IMG/VR virus record: IMGVR_UViG_3300037400_002156
Coordinates: 64,001 to 128,000 of that record
Length of the DNA: 64,000 nt
Strand: one strand, 5' to 3'
Source of the DNA: a virus
Lineage: Duplodnaviria; Caudoviricetes
The translations under genes and the position numbers were made by a program. Position 1 is the stretch's first letter. Every line of letters begins with the position of its first letter. Below, one piece after another: positions 1-10,042 of the stretch. The notes under the pieces are model-generated. The model was not told where the DNA came from and did no database searches. It saw only the letters and a program-made list of their open reading frames with translations.

Positions 1-758
1 AGTTCTATACCAAGACCATCTTTTACAGCTTTTATTGTTGAAATTCTAGAGTCATAATTTACTAAAACAACACCCTCTGTATCTCCATATAAAGGAGGCG
101 TAAGTTGTCCAACAGTAACTACAGAGACACTATCAAGCATTCCATCTTTAGTAAATGGAGTTGCATCAATATCTGTATTTAACTTTGTATTATTGCTATT
201 ATAAAATTCTATTTTACCAGTAGTAGAATTGTATTGTGCTGATGAAATCTGATTAGATAATTTTGCATCAACCTGAGGCTTAGAATAAACAGAATAAGAA
301 TCATCTGCTGACGTAGATTCATCCTCAATATGAACAATACCGTCTGTATTTAAAGATGCTGATGCTGGACTTGCTTGAATAGATGTTATAGAAAATCCAT
401 TTGTAAAGCAGGAAGCGTCAAAAGATAAAAATAAATTTATTTCCGAAGACGAATTTTTATTGACAATATTATTTACGTTTGAATATGCCGCTACTATCTT
501 CTTGACGTTATTCACTAACTTATAAAGTAGTATAGTTTTAGCTTGATACGAGTTAGAAGAAAGATCTCTAATTCGTAGATTAAGATAAGTACCCGTTGAA
601 TTTCCAGTTGAATCATCTTCAAATAATACTGGTAATGAAGAAAGATTTTCTAGTGAAGATATTTTTGGTATGTAAGGAGAAGTTAAAGCTATACCATCTA
701 TTTGCATATTAGTAGAAACTTGTGACTGACCATAAGTTGTTAGTGATAGGCTAAACAT
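1..758 (-). CDS. Tail fibre-like protein, truncated by window edge (not in ORF track)
   Basis: ATG at 758 with GGAG RBS, open to the edge. Hand translation MFSLSLTTYGQSQVSTNMQIDGIAL...EDDSTGNSTGTYLNLRIRD...VAAYS parallels the N-terminus of the 891-aa fibre. Confidence 0.75.
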   Translation of the reverse strand, partial: MFSLSLTTYGQSQVSTNMQIDGIALTSPYIPKISSLENLSSLPVLFEDDSTGNSTGTYLNLRIRDLSSNSYQAKTILLYKLVNNVKKIVAAYSNVNNIVNKNSSSEINLFLSFDASCFTNGFSITSIQASPASASLNTDGIVHIEDESTSADDSYSVYSKPQVDAKLSNQISSAQYNSTTGKIEFYNSNNTKLNTDIDATPFTKDGMLDSVSVVTVGQLTPPLYGDTEGVVLVNYDSRISTIKAVKDGLGIE

Positions 759-778
759 ATATTACTCCAAATAATATA

Positions 779-808
779 AATAGCAAGTAAGTCGACTTAC
801 TTGCTATT
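779..808 (-). terminator. Perfect 30-bp palindrome, probable terminator hairpin
   Basis: AATAGCAAGTAAGTC/GACTTACTTGCTATT, intergenic. Confidence 0.6.
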
Positions 809-831
809 GTGTCTACAAATATACTTAATTT

Positions 832-2010
832 TTACGATAATTTTGATATGCGTAAAGCAGATGTATAATAATTATCATTAAATTGTGATACTGACATCTC
901 TACCCAATCACCTTCACTATTTTTACAGAAAACTTGAGTACTACCTGAAATAACTATATCTTCAGAAATCTGAGTGTCTGTATTAGAATCAAACAACTGT
1001 AGATATAATAAATATTTAGGTACAAGGTCTGTACCTTCACTGTCTACATTGCAAATCATAGCTGGCATTATCATTCTGACAGGCAATCTTAGAGTATCTG
1101 CTCTAGGGCCTGGCCATGAATTAGTAAGGTAACTAGACCCCTCTTGAGAAATACAGTTAGAGTCTAAGTCTTCATAGTTATCTTCTGATACTAACTTAAT
1201 TAGCTTAAAAGAAAAAGCTCCGTATTCAGACTCATAACCATCCCAACAACTAAATAATAGAAGAGAAGACTGGAGCCATGACTCTATATTAGTATCATTA
1301 TTAAAAGTTGATGAACTAATGTAATTATTAGTTGGTTGCTCAGATAAAGGTATATAGCCAAATTTATAATATACTTCTCTATCGCCTATCTTTAGAGACG
1401 ATGTTACATAATCATACTGTACATCTAAAGTTTGACCATCCTGTAAAACAATTCCTACTTCAAAGTTTGGGTTTGCTAAGCTAATAACAGGCTTTAAGCT
1501 ACTATCACTATTTGTAGTATTTTCAATTAAAGGGTTTAACGTAATATTGTTATTTAGAATTTTATTTGCTGTTGCAGTAGTATTATCACTAGGCTCACAT
1601 CCAGATAAGACTAACTTAGATACTCTAGTCTGGGATAAGTTCATTGTGATATCTTCTATTGTCGTAAGATCATATTCATCTGGTGATAGCTTATCCAGAG
1701 AAGCTGGAAAGTTAGACACACCCTGATTTGGCTCGTTACAATAAGGAATTTCTACATATAACAACTTATCTCCATCAGAAAAATTACCCAAAGAAGCGGA
1801 AGTTACTGCGTCAGTTATAGTGTTAGTAGTTAATAGAAATGTTGCAAATTTACTTTTAATACGCGCTACTAAATGATCAAATGTACTATCATTATAAACA
1901 CCATGAAATTGAAGAACAGCATCTTTCATAAAAAAATTTATGAAAGACTGCTCTCTATTACTAAGGTTACTCCATCCATCTACTGTTATTGAAACTTTCA
2001 TATCAGGCAT
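832..2010 (-). CDS. Hypothetical protein, probably tail/virion-associated
   Basis: 392 aa, AAGGAG RBS, lies between two fibre genes. Confidence 0.55.
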   Translation of the reverse strand: MPDMKVSITVDGWSNLSNREQSFINFFMKDAVLQFHGVYNDSTFDHLVARIKSKFATFLLTTNTITDAVTSASLGNFSDGDKLLYVEIPYCNEPNQGVSNFPASLDKLSPDEYDLTTIEDITMNLSQTRVSKLVLSGCEPSDNTTATANKILNNNITLNPLIENTTNSDSSLKPVISLANPNFEVGIVLQDGQTLDVQYDYVTSSLKIGDREVYYKFGYIPLSEQPTNNYISSSTFNNDTNIESWLQSSLLLFSCWDGYESEYGAFSFKLIKLVSEDNYEDLDSNCISQEGSSYLTNSWPGPRADTLRLPVRMIMPAMICNVDSEGTDLVPKYLLYLQLFDSNTDTQISEDIVISGSTQVFCKNSEGDWVEMSVSQFNDNYYTSALRISKLS

Positions 2011-2031
2011 AATTTCTTACTCCTTATATAA

Positions 2032-2061
2032 ATTGTCCACTCTCTTAAAAGAGTGGACAAT
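2032..2061 (-). terminator. Intrinsic terminator-like hairpin
   Basis: ATTGTCCACTCT-loop-AGAGTGGACAAT. Confidence 0.65.
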
Positions 2062-2179
2062 CTACTGTAAACTTCTATAATGTATTCTAACTAACTGAGA
2101 ACGATCCAGTGCTAAAGACTCCTGCTAGTGACGGGGTTGGTTCGTCTCCACCTCCGCTAGGTTCGTCGGAGTCTGGCAG

Positions 2180-4855
2180 TCAAGCTGTTTTCATAGCTAA
2201 AACTAGACATGGCTCTGTTGCTGTACGTCTAAAAGCTACAGAAAGAAGTGTCCATGTACCTGTTCTAGCGCTACCAGACTTTAAATAAGATATTTGACCA
2301 GAATTTGGAAGAGACATTCCTACTGGGTAGAGGTTTGATCCAGAAACTGTAGATCCTATTTCTTTCTTTGCATCATCCGCAGATGTACCTGTAGCTACTA
2401 ACATAAACAAACCTATTGCTCCAATACTGTCACCACTATTTAGTGATGATATAGCATTTGTAATGCCAGCATTCACAACTTCTACAGTTGGTAATTTGGA
2501 ATTATTTGATGACGCATTCCAATTTGATGTGGATGATTGTACACCGTCACCTGTATAAGATACTGAAGATACTGAAGTTGAAGCTGTAATTGTTGGGGTA
2601 GTAATGCTATGATTAGTAGTTACTGTGATATCATTAAATGTGTTAGATCCAGTAAATACATTGTTTCCTGATAATGTTGCATAATTACCAATAGAACCAG
2701 TGTATGCTTGCATATAATCTACGGTAACCAGTCTTCCATCTGACGGTGAAGCTGGTGGATTTGTAGGTATATCAGAGTAATCAGCTACTGCGTCTCCAGT
2801 TACAGAGAAACCGTTACAGTTAGTAGAAGCATCATAAGTTGGGGATATACTTATAGCAGTTTTATTTGTATAAGTACTACTCCCAGTTTTTTCTTTTAAT
2901 ATTAAAGAAGCTGAAATATTGTTTACAGGATCTGTACCTTTTCTAAACTCAATCCAACCACTTACATTACTACCATCAAAAATACCTGCATAATTTATAC
3001 TTGTTGCAGAAGCAGATATCTGGAAACGACCGGTACCCGTAGTAGTATTAGAAATAAGTGATATATTATCATCACGAGCTATAGAAATATCATCTACGCG
3101 TAAACCACCGTCTATTGTAGACTCCCCAGCGTTACCAGAGGTAACATTTAACTTACCAGTAACACTTAAAGCAGGTGTGCCTGATATATTACCTGTAACA
3201 CTTAAACAAGAAGATATTTGTTGTACAGTTGCAGAAGATAGTTTTACATAATTATCTGAAGTATAGTCTTCTACATATCCTGTTACAGCAGATACTGTTG
3301 GAATTAAAGAATTTGATCCTGAATATCCCCACTGACCAGCAGAAGATGAACCCTCTGTATATGATGATAAAACACCGTTTCCACTATAAGACCCAGAGCT
3401 TATACTAGTTGCAGTAATAGCATCAAATTGATTTGTAGTTGCAGGATCAGAACCTGCGTGTCTAAAATCATTAGAAGCATTAGATTCTGCAAATTTATTA
3501 TCTGCTTCTGTTTTTGTGTATGAGTCACTACCGTATTTACCAATATAAGTCCATGTTCTTGGATCTGTAGTTGTCAAGTTATATACTGTTGATGCGCCAT
3601 CTTGAGTTTCATCAGCAAGTACCTGTACTTTATCTCCTGACTGAAGATTTGTAGTATCTAACGTGTCTAATGCTGCTTTTGTAGCTACCATATCAGCTAA
3701 ATTCTGGCCAGCGTTTAAAGCATCAATTTGAGACTGTAAACCGCTATCAGCAGCTTGATAAGCGCTAGTTATTGATGATGCTGTAGAATTTATAGTGCTG
3801 TTTATGGATGTTACTGTAGAATCTATAGCGCCTTTTACCGCTTTAACTGTAGGTAATTTTGTTTCATTTCCAGAATTTTCCCAGCCTGCATCACCGCTGC
3901 CTGTTACATATGTAGCATATATCCCTGATCCAGATATAGTAGAATTAGCAACTATACCACCTGTAAATGTCTTTGAGCCTGTAATTGTTTCTGCACCAGC
4001 CTTATGTACAAAATCATTACCTGTTCCATTTACTAATTCATTTACAGCATGACCACTAACTAATTTATCAGTAGCTGCATTATTAACTTTAACAGAACTA
4101 GAATAAATACTGTCTATATATTTTTCATTTACTACTTTATAAGAGGAAGAGGCTCCTGATATAGTGTGTGATGAGAAAGAAGCTGATGAGGAAACTACAT
4201 TACCTGTAAGGGTTTTATCAATAGAAAGCTGCCCTGTTTGATTTTTTATAGTAATTTCATTTGTAGACGTTCCTCTAGTAGTCTGTAATTTAATTTGATC
4301 TAAAGAAACTTTACCTGTGTTAATAACACTGCCAGATATATCCCAAGGAACATAGTTACTACCAAGATCTGTTAATTTACTATCAATGTCAGCAGCGCTA
4401 TAAACAGTATTTGCTTTTTGAATCTCTCCACTACCTCTAGCTATTCTTATAACACCTTCTCTATACTGTGTAGCATATGGTAAATTTACTACAGTTGTTA
4501 AAAAAATACACTTAGAAGCATTATCAAACTGTGCAGAAATTCTAAGAATTAAGTTTTTATTTGCTGTTTTTACTATAGAGATGTTAGTGTCAGATGAATA
4601 TGCTACCTCAGTGCTGCCACTAAACAATGATATCTTTGTTGCTGTGTAAGATGCGCTTCCATTGTCTTCAAGAGAAATAACAACACAGTCACCTACACCA
4701 GTTCCAGCGTTATCATCTTTAATAACAGCACCTTTAAAATCTGTTGATGTTAATTTAGCTGCATTAGTACTATCGTAAAGTATAACTTTATCAATTGTAA
4801 CATTTCCACCAGATAATGCTGTAGCACCTGCTGATGTAACTGTAAAGTTTAACAT
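2180..4855 (-). CDS. Tail fibre protein
   Basis: 891 aa, S/T/G-rich, fibre motifs (FVHKAGAETITGSKTF, ATLSGNNVFTGSNTF), coiled-coil segment. Ends in TGA followed by an in-frame extension to 2087. Confidence 0.85.
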   Translation of the reverse strand: MLNFTVTSAGATALSGGNVTIDKVILYDSTNAAKLTSTDFKGAVIKDDNAGTGVGDCVVISLEDNGSASYTATKISLFSGSTEVAYSSDTNISIVKTANKNLILRISAQFDNASKCIFLTTVVNLPYATQYREGVIRIARGSGEIQKANTVYSAADIDSKLTDLGSNYVPWDISGSVINTGKVSLDQIKLQTTRGTSTNEITIKNQTGQLSIDKTLTGNVVSSSASFSSHTISGASSSYKVVNEKYIDSIYSSSVKVNNAATDKLVSGHAVNELVNGTGNDFVHKAGAETITGSKTFTGGIVANSTISGSGIYATYVTGSGDAGWENSGNETKLPTVKAVKGAIDSTVTSINSTINSTASSITSAYQAADSGLQSQIDALNAGQNLADMVATKAALDTLDTTNLQSGDKVQVLADETQDGASTVYNLTTTDPRTWTYIGKYGSDSYTKTEADNKFAESNASNDFRHAGSDPATTNQFDAITATSISSGSYSGNGVLSSYTEGSSSAGQWGYSGSNSLIPTVSAVTGYVEDYTSDNYVKLSSATVQQISSCLSVTGNISGTPALSVTGKLNVTSGNAGESTIDGGLRVDDISIARDDNISLISNTTTGTGRFQISASATSINYAGIFDGSNVSGWIEFRKGTDPVNNISASLILKEKTGSSTYTNKTAISISPTYDASTNCNGFSVTGDAVADYSDIPTNPPASPSDGRLVTVDYMQAYTGSIGNYATLSGNNVFTGSNTFNDITVTTNHSITTPTITASTSVSSVSYTGDGVQSSTSNWNASSNNSKLPTVEVVNAGITNAISSLNSGDSIGAIGLFMLVATGTSADDAKKEIGSTVSGSNLYPVGMSLPNSGQISYLKSGSARTGTWTLLSVAFRRTATEPCLVLAMKTA

Positions 4856-4933
4856 ATAAATACCTCCATTGAGTTGTAATAATTAAAAATCAGCTTATGT
4901 TATAGTTCATACTAGATAACTCAAAAGAGAGGT

Positions 4934-5833
4934 TTATAAATCGTAGGATATAAATTCTGTAGCTGAGTCATGACTATCATCTTCAAGGCGATTACCTTCT
5001 TCTGTAATAATGTCTTCAACTTGTTGAACAGAATTATTTGAAGTTGCAGAAGATAATAGTTGAGCGACAGACTCTAATAAATCATTGTGATCTTCATTCG
5101 AAATCTTTGTAGCAAACACTATGCACGGTTTACTTTCAGAAGATCCGATTGTCTCAGTTAAAATTTTCCATGTACCTGTTAGCTGAATTGAATGTAGCTT
5201 TGTGTATGAAAGATCTCCGGAATCCGGAAAACTAATACTTATTGGTGTTAATCTATCTCCAGTTACAAGAGTGCCATAATGAGTTGCTGAGCCATTTTCA
5301 CTATAATAAGAAAATAATCCAGTTGCGCCAATTGTATTTATGTCACCAGAATAATCACTATAATCAGGCGGGTTGTTGTACCAATGACAAGTATCAACAT
5401 CCCAATATTGATCTATGTCTTTGTTATACCAGCATTTAATTATAGTATCTTTTATAAAATATATTGATGATGGTGTGTGCGTTACACCAAAGCTTAAATG
5501 CATATTCTGAAAAGACTGTAGACATCCGTTATATTCATACATTTCATTTCCATGAAATGTATAAACGTCTAAGTTTAGCTGATTAGAAATTAAATATGCA
5601 TTAGTAAATTTTCTATCTTGCTTTAGCCAATAAGTAAGATCATCTGGAGTATACCATTGATTGTCTCTAACAACCCAAATATTATTATCTCTATCAGCCC
5701 ACGCAGCATATCTGTTTAGATTGTAATCATACACATATATTGATGTTGATGGATATAGCGTTATACCATAGTTATCATATAAATCTGATATAGATCTCCA
5801 GTCTCCATCATAGTAATATAGTCGTTCATTCAT
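4934..5833 (-). CDS. Tyr/Trp-rich protein carrying a paralogue of the fibre C-terminal domain
   Basis: IGATGLF...LTGTWKIL...KPCIVFATKI aligns with fibre IGAIGLF...RTGTWTLL...EPCLVLAMKT. Confidence 0.65.
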   Translation of the reverse strand: MNERLYYYDGDWRSISDLYDNYGITLYPSTSIYVYDYNLNRYAAWADRDNNIWVVRDNQWYTPDDLTYWLKQDRKFTNAYLISNQLNLDVYTFHGNEMYEYNGCLQSFQNMHLSFGVTHTPSSIYFIKDTIIKCWYNKDIDQYWDVDTCHWYNNPPDYSDYSGDINTIGATGLFSYYSENGSATHYGTLVTGDRLTPISISFPDSGDLSYTKLHSIQLTGTWKILTETIGSSESKPCIVFATKISNEDHNDLLESVAQLLSSATSNNSVQQVEDIITEEGNRLEDDSHDSATEFISYDL

Positions 5834-5847
5834 AAAGGCCTCTTAAG

Positions 5848-6666
5848 TTATTTACTATGAAGGCGCAGTTGTTGCGAGCCTAAATAAAAATATGAAAAAT
5901 CATTAAAAGTAGAATATATGCTTGTAAACTCAACAGCACTCATCCACGTAGATGTAATATGAGGTATACAATATTTATCAGAAAATGAATCATAGTAACA
6001 ATCATATGTCTCATCTGGATTCTCTATTGTATATGCATACATTACATCTCTAATAATGCCATTGGTTTGATCTAGATAAAAATCATTATAAGAGATAAAA
6101 AAGTCATCAATATAAAAACAATTATTCATACTGTCTTCATATATATCTTTTATCTCGTATGTGTCTGACTTGTATGAAGTAACTTCAGTATCGTAAAGAT
6201 AGGCTATCCAGTAGTGACGGTTTAATCTATCATCAAAATAAAGAGATGTAGTGTCATCATACCACACTCTGTTTTTAATAATATCTTTACATTTATACTG
6301 TGTTAATCCATATCGTGTATATAAAGTATTTATATAATGAATAAAACCGTCATCATAAAGTAAATATCTTAACTCTCTATTTTTATCTGTGTCTGAATAA
6401 CACTTATATTTACTATAGTGCTCACCTCTGTAAAAAGTGTAATCACCAATATATGAATATAATCCAAGAAAGTTTATATCATTATACCAACTAAGAGTCT
6501 CTCTATCGTAGTATGTATCTGTGTCAATATCTTTTATTACTGTTTCAGGCTCACCATGAAGATCGTAAAGTGTAAGTGATTGTGGTGGTGATAAAGTATA
6601 TCCTAAACTATGAGCTTGAGTATAATTAAGCCATTCTCCGTTTATATAAAATAATCTTTCTGACAT
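5848..6666 (-). CDS. Tyr-rich protein, paralogue of 4934..5833 N-terminus
   Basis: MSERLFYINGEW versus MNERLYYYDGDW. Confidence 0.6.
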   Translation of the reverse strand: MSERLFYINGEWLNYTQAHSLGYTLSPPQSLTLYDLHGEPETVIKDIDTDTYYDRETLSWYNDINFLGLYSYIGDYTFYRGEHYSKYKCYSDTDKNRELRYLLYDDGFIHYINTLYTRYGLTQYKCKDIIKNRVWYDDTTSLYFDDRLNRHYWIAYLYDTEVTSYKSDTYEIKDIYEDSMNNCFYIDDFFISYNDFYLDQTNGIIRDVMYAYTIENPDETYDCYYDSFSDKYCIPHITSTWMSAVEFTSIYSTFNDFSYFYLGSQQLRLHSK

Positions 6667-6670
6667 GTAA

Positions 6671-7435
6671 CTACCTCGTATTAGTGTAGTTCCATATTTT
6701 ATTTATTTGAATGCATTTGTATTTCTTATGAAGATGTAAATCATTATCTACACCTTTAATGTATTTTAAATGAAAGTTAAATGTGTGAAGCGCAGTTCGT
6801 ATTAAATTTGAATATTCTCCATCATACCAGCTATTATCATATGATTTAAAATCAAATGAGTAGCCTAATAAAGTACATCCGTAAAGTACTCCAAGCGCAT
6901 ATGAGTACATTGCTTTATAGTCAAGTTTCTTATATACTTTACTGTAAAGCTTTTTTGTTTCGTGCTCTTCTTTTAATAAATTGTTATAGTTATCTGCTCC
7001 TGCAAGATATTTAACAGATACATCTCTTGTATCATATCCAGCATATTCAAATATCTTAATTAGTTCATCAGCTTCTTTATTAAAATCACTTATTGGCTCT
7101 TTATCAAATCCGTCATGATATATTATAGGAACTATTCTGTCTTGAGATGACCCAGAAATTTCTGATAATATCTTTTTAAGATTACCACAATAAAATTTAA
7201 TCTCACTAGAGTTAAGTGATTTATCTGTATTATTAAGATATTTATAAATCTTATCAAGAATATCTTGTGAAATAAGCGTATTGTTCAATACTATGTCGTC
7301 AAATGAATATTCATTACTTGGAGTAATCACAGCTTCTAATCCAAGTATGAATAGCATTGTAGGTTCACATAAGAATGGCTCATCATGTTGAAAATCATAG
7401 TAACAAATTGAGCCTAATCGTGACCAATATTCCAT
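6671..7435 (-). CDS. Hypothetical protein
   Basis: 254-aa ORF with GGAG RBS. Confidence 0.55.
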   Translation of the reverse strand: MEYWSRLGSICYYDFQHDEPFLCEPTMLFILGLEAVITPSNEYSFDDIVLNNTLISQDILDKIYKYLNNTDKSLNSSEIKFYCGNLKKILSEISGSSQDRIVPIIYHDGFDKEPISDFNKEADELIKIFEYAGYDTRDVSVKYLAGADNYNNLLKEEHETKKLYSKVYKKLDYKAMYSYALGVLYGCTLLGYSFDFKSYDNSWYDGEYSNLIRTALHTFNFHLKYIKGVDNDLHLHKKYKCIQINKIWNYTNTR

Positions 7436-7448
7436 AATGAGATCTCCA

Positions 7449-8312
7449 TTATGAGCAGATGAGATTAAGAATGATATTATTTATGAATGATTCATTTCTT
7501 GTTTCTATAGAAGCATTTAGTTTACTAATAAGAGATTTTACATCTGAATCAAGCATAATATTAAATCCATTCTTTTTCTGATCAATGAGCTTTAATATAT
7601 CTTGAACTGATTTAAGTTTGCCAATAAATTTATTATTGAGCGATTTAGCAACTGGTTTTGAAAGATCTTTTAACATTACACTAGGATCTTTTCCATCATA
7701 AAAGTCGCTATCTGTAAATAATGAAACTTTTGTTGGTCCAGAGTTTTTATAGCTAATATAATCTTTATATAATTTATCACAAGCTGATTTAAAGTCTGTA
7801 ATTATTTCAATGTCTGTCTCTGTAGGCACTGTACTATTACTATTATCTTTAGCACTAGTTGATTTTTGCAATTCAGACTTCTTTGGATTCTGTTCTTTAA
7901 ACATACTATATATTGCAGTGTAATCTTTTTTCATTTGATTAAGAGCAACTATAATATGCTTACAAGCCATACCTTCTTTGTTTGGATTCTTAATAACTGG
8001 AGCTCTATCTTCTTTGTTAATGCCAGCATTACTTTTATATGTAATATACTTAAATCCAGAGTATAAAAACGCAGGACAAGTGCAGTGCACACGAACAGAG
8101 CCAGAAAGAGATTGTTTTAACGACTTTAGTTTATTGCCAGTTAAATCAAGTAGCTGAACTGTTACGTAATACTGCTTATCATGCTGGCTTGAATCTACTG
8201 TGTAAATTATCTTATTATCTTCTACTTTATATAATCTTGCGCCAATACCTTGGCTGGTGGCTCTTTCTTTAGAGCCTTTATCTGATTTGTTAATAATATC
8301 AGAAGGACGCAT
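7449..8312 (-). CDS. SWIM zinc-finger protein
   Basis: VHCTCPAF...GMACKHI matches CxC-xn-CxH. Confidence 0.75.
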   Translation of the reverse strand: MRPSDIINKSDKGSKERATSQGIGARLYKVEDNKIIYTVDSSQHDKQYYVTVQLLDLTGNKLKSLKQSLSGSVRVHCTCPAFLYSGFKYITYKSNAGINKEDRAPVIKNPNKEGMACKHIIVALNQMKKDYTAIYSMFKEQNPKKSELQKSTSAKDNSNSTVPTETDIEIITDFKSACDKLYKDYISYKNSGPTKVSLFTDSDFYDGKDPSVMLKDLSKPVAKSLNNKFIGKLKSVQDILKLIDQKKNGFNIMLDSDVKSLISKLNASIETRNESFINNIILNLICS

Positions 8313-8366
8313 AGTTCATCACCTTAAATAAAGTTGTATAGTTTATAGATTAGTTGATATAAAAAC

Positions 8367-8399
8367 ACCCCATGATAGAAAGTGATACTATCATGGGGT
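8367..8399 (-). terminator. Intrinsic terminator
   Basis: ACCCCATGATAG/CTATCATGGGGT stem followed by U-tract on minus strand. Confidence 0.75.
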
Positions 8400-8420
8400 T
8401 TATTATTCCGCCTTAGAAAA

Positions 8421-8588
8421 TTAGCGGTTTCTGAAGCGCTCAACTAATGATCTCTTTTTTGGAGATTCATTATTTTCGTGTTCACGCTCAAGATCTTCAT
8501 TCATCATTTTTTCTAAACGATTCATGCGCTTTTCGATTATAAGAGCACGTTTCTCATCATCAGAAAGCTTCTCATATTTATTTGCCAT
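8421..8588 (-). CDS. 55-aa protein carrying the shared coiled-coil leader motif (not in ORF track)
   Basis: MANKYEKLSDDEKRALIIEKRMNRLEKMMNEDLEREHENNESPKKRSLVERFRNR; GAGG RBS; terminator downstream. Confidence 0.75.
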   Translation of the reverse strand: MANKYEKLSDDEKRALIIEKRMNRLEKMMNEDLEREHENNESPKKRSLVERFRNR

Positions 8589-8600
8589 AATTACGCCTCA

Positions 8601-9908
8601 TTATGAGTTTAAAATTTTTGAATAACCACATGTGTTTACTGTTATATTATTATATAGATAATTTAGCTCAACGTAACTTTCATTTTCATCTATGCTAATG
8701 TTAAGAGCTGGATAATTATTATTCATATATCCTTCTTTTAAAAAAGATAGATTATTATTTTTATTATTAAAAAGATCTCTAATGTAATCTTTAATTAAAG
8801 AATTAATTGAATTCCATTGAGATTCGAATATTGAAATAAGAGTTATCCCAATATCTCTGCACTTCTTAAATTTGTTATAATGATAATCTTTATCTTTAAA
8901 TATATTTGAATGCCAATAGTCTCCGTTAAATTCTACTGCTATGGATATATCAGGGTAGTATAAGTCAAGCTCATAAGGTGAAATTATTTCGCGAGAGTTT
9001 CTTATACATTCTCCGTTATAGAAAGTAGAAATATAATTAGCTATTTCATCTTCATATTTAGAAGTTACAAGTGATCTTAAGCATTTAAAGCATAGCGGTA
9101 TAGATTTAATCTTATTAATAGAATAGTCAATAATATTACCTATTCTGTGAAATTCATAGTTACCGCATGCTGGACATCGTGTTCTAACTTTTTCTACAGA
9201 TAAAGTATTACCAGAAACTACATTGTCTAAATCATCTTCGTGAATAAAACTAAGATCAATAGATGATACATCATTAGATCTCTTAATTATGTTAGATTTA
9301 ATAAGTGATTCACTTTGTAACTTTGATTGCTGTAATTTCTTATCATAATTATTCTTAATGTAATCAGATAGTTTCTTTCCAGCAATTTTTCCAATGTAAG
9401 GATGTTCAATGTAAAAATTATGATGCTGTACACCCTGATTAATAAGAATTTCAGGATTATCTTCTAACGTTTTCTTACGTTTTTCTGTCTTAGACTTTAC
9501 TTTATCAGGATTATTTTTACACCATTCAGAGTATCTATTTCCTTTTTCTAGAAGTTCATCTTTATGATTCTTGCACCATTCAGAATATTTCTTACCTCTT
9601 TCTTTCAACTTATCCGGATTCTGTGATATCCAGTTTCTTACTTTTTCAGATATCTTCTTACTGATGTCTGGATTGTTTTTACATAATTCTCTAAATCTGT
9701 ATGCTTTCTCTTTAGATGAGTTATAACATCCACACGATGTTGTCTTTCCACCATATACTCTTTTTAAATCTTTAACAGTAATGTTACCACATTTACATTG
9801 ACACTTACATACGCGATTTCCATGTTCATCTCTAAAAACGTCTAGTATTGTAAGCCATCCATAAGTGTGCCCAATCATCTCTGTTTTATAATCATCTAAA
9901 GTTTTCAT
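8601..9908 (-). CDS. Free-standing homing endonuclease-like protein with C-terminal Vsr/DUF559-like PD-(D/E)XK domain
   Basis: CKCQCKCG...SCGC N-terminus, repeated WCKNNPD helices, ELDLYYPDISIAVEFNGDYWHS. Confidence 0.75.
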   Translation of the reverse strand: MKTLDDYKTEMIGHTYGWLTILDVFRDEHGNRVCKCQCKCGNITVKDLKRVYGGKTTSCGCYNSSKEKAYRFRELCKNNPDISKKISEKVRNWISQNPDKLKERGKKYSEWCKNHKDELLEKGNRYSEWCKNNPDKVKSKTEKRKKTLEDNPEILINQGVQHHNFYIEHPYIGKIAGKKLSDYIKNNYDKKLQQSKLQSESLIKSNIIKRSNDVSSIDLSFIHEDDLDNVVSGNTLSVEKVRTRCPACGNYEFHRIGNIIDYSINKIKSIPLCFKCLRSLVTSKYEDEIANYISTFYNGECIRNSREIISPYELDLYYPDISIAVEFNGDYWHSNIFKDKDYHYNKFKKCRDIGITLISIFESQWNSINSLIKDYIRDLFNNKNNNLSFLKEGYMNNNYPALNISIDENESYVELNYLYNNITVNTCGYSKILNS

Positions 9909-10042
9909 ATAAATATCTTATCTCTATTATATAAAAATAGCTAACGTAGAAATTAAACAATCTCTACATTAGCTATATACATAGAATTCTAATCTATTTA
10001 CATCTCATCAAAATTAAACTCTTCATCTTCTCCACCGCCTGG

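Noticed and set aside
2080-2105. tRNA D-arm-like string (CTCAGTTAGTTAGAA on minus strand)
   Set aside because: No T arm or acceptor stem; it falls in the post-TGA fibre extension.
2180-6666. Diversity-generating retroelement or invertible fibre cassette
   Set aside because: The paralogous tip domains are too diverged at DNA level for a TR/VR pair, and there is no reverse transcriptase or invertase in the window.
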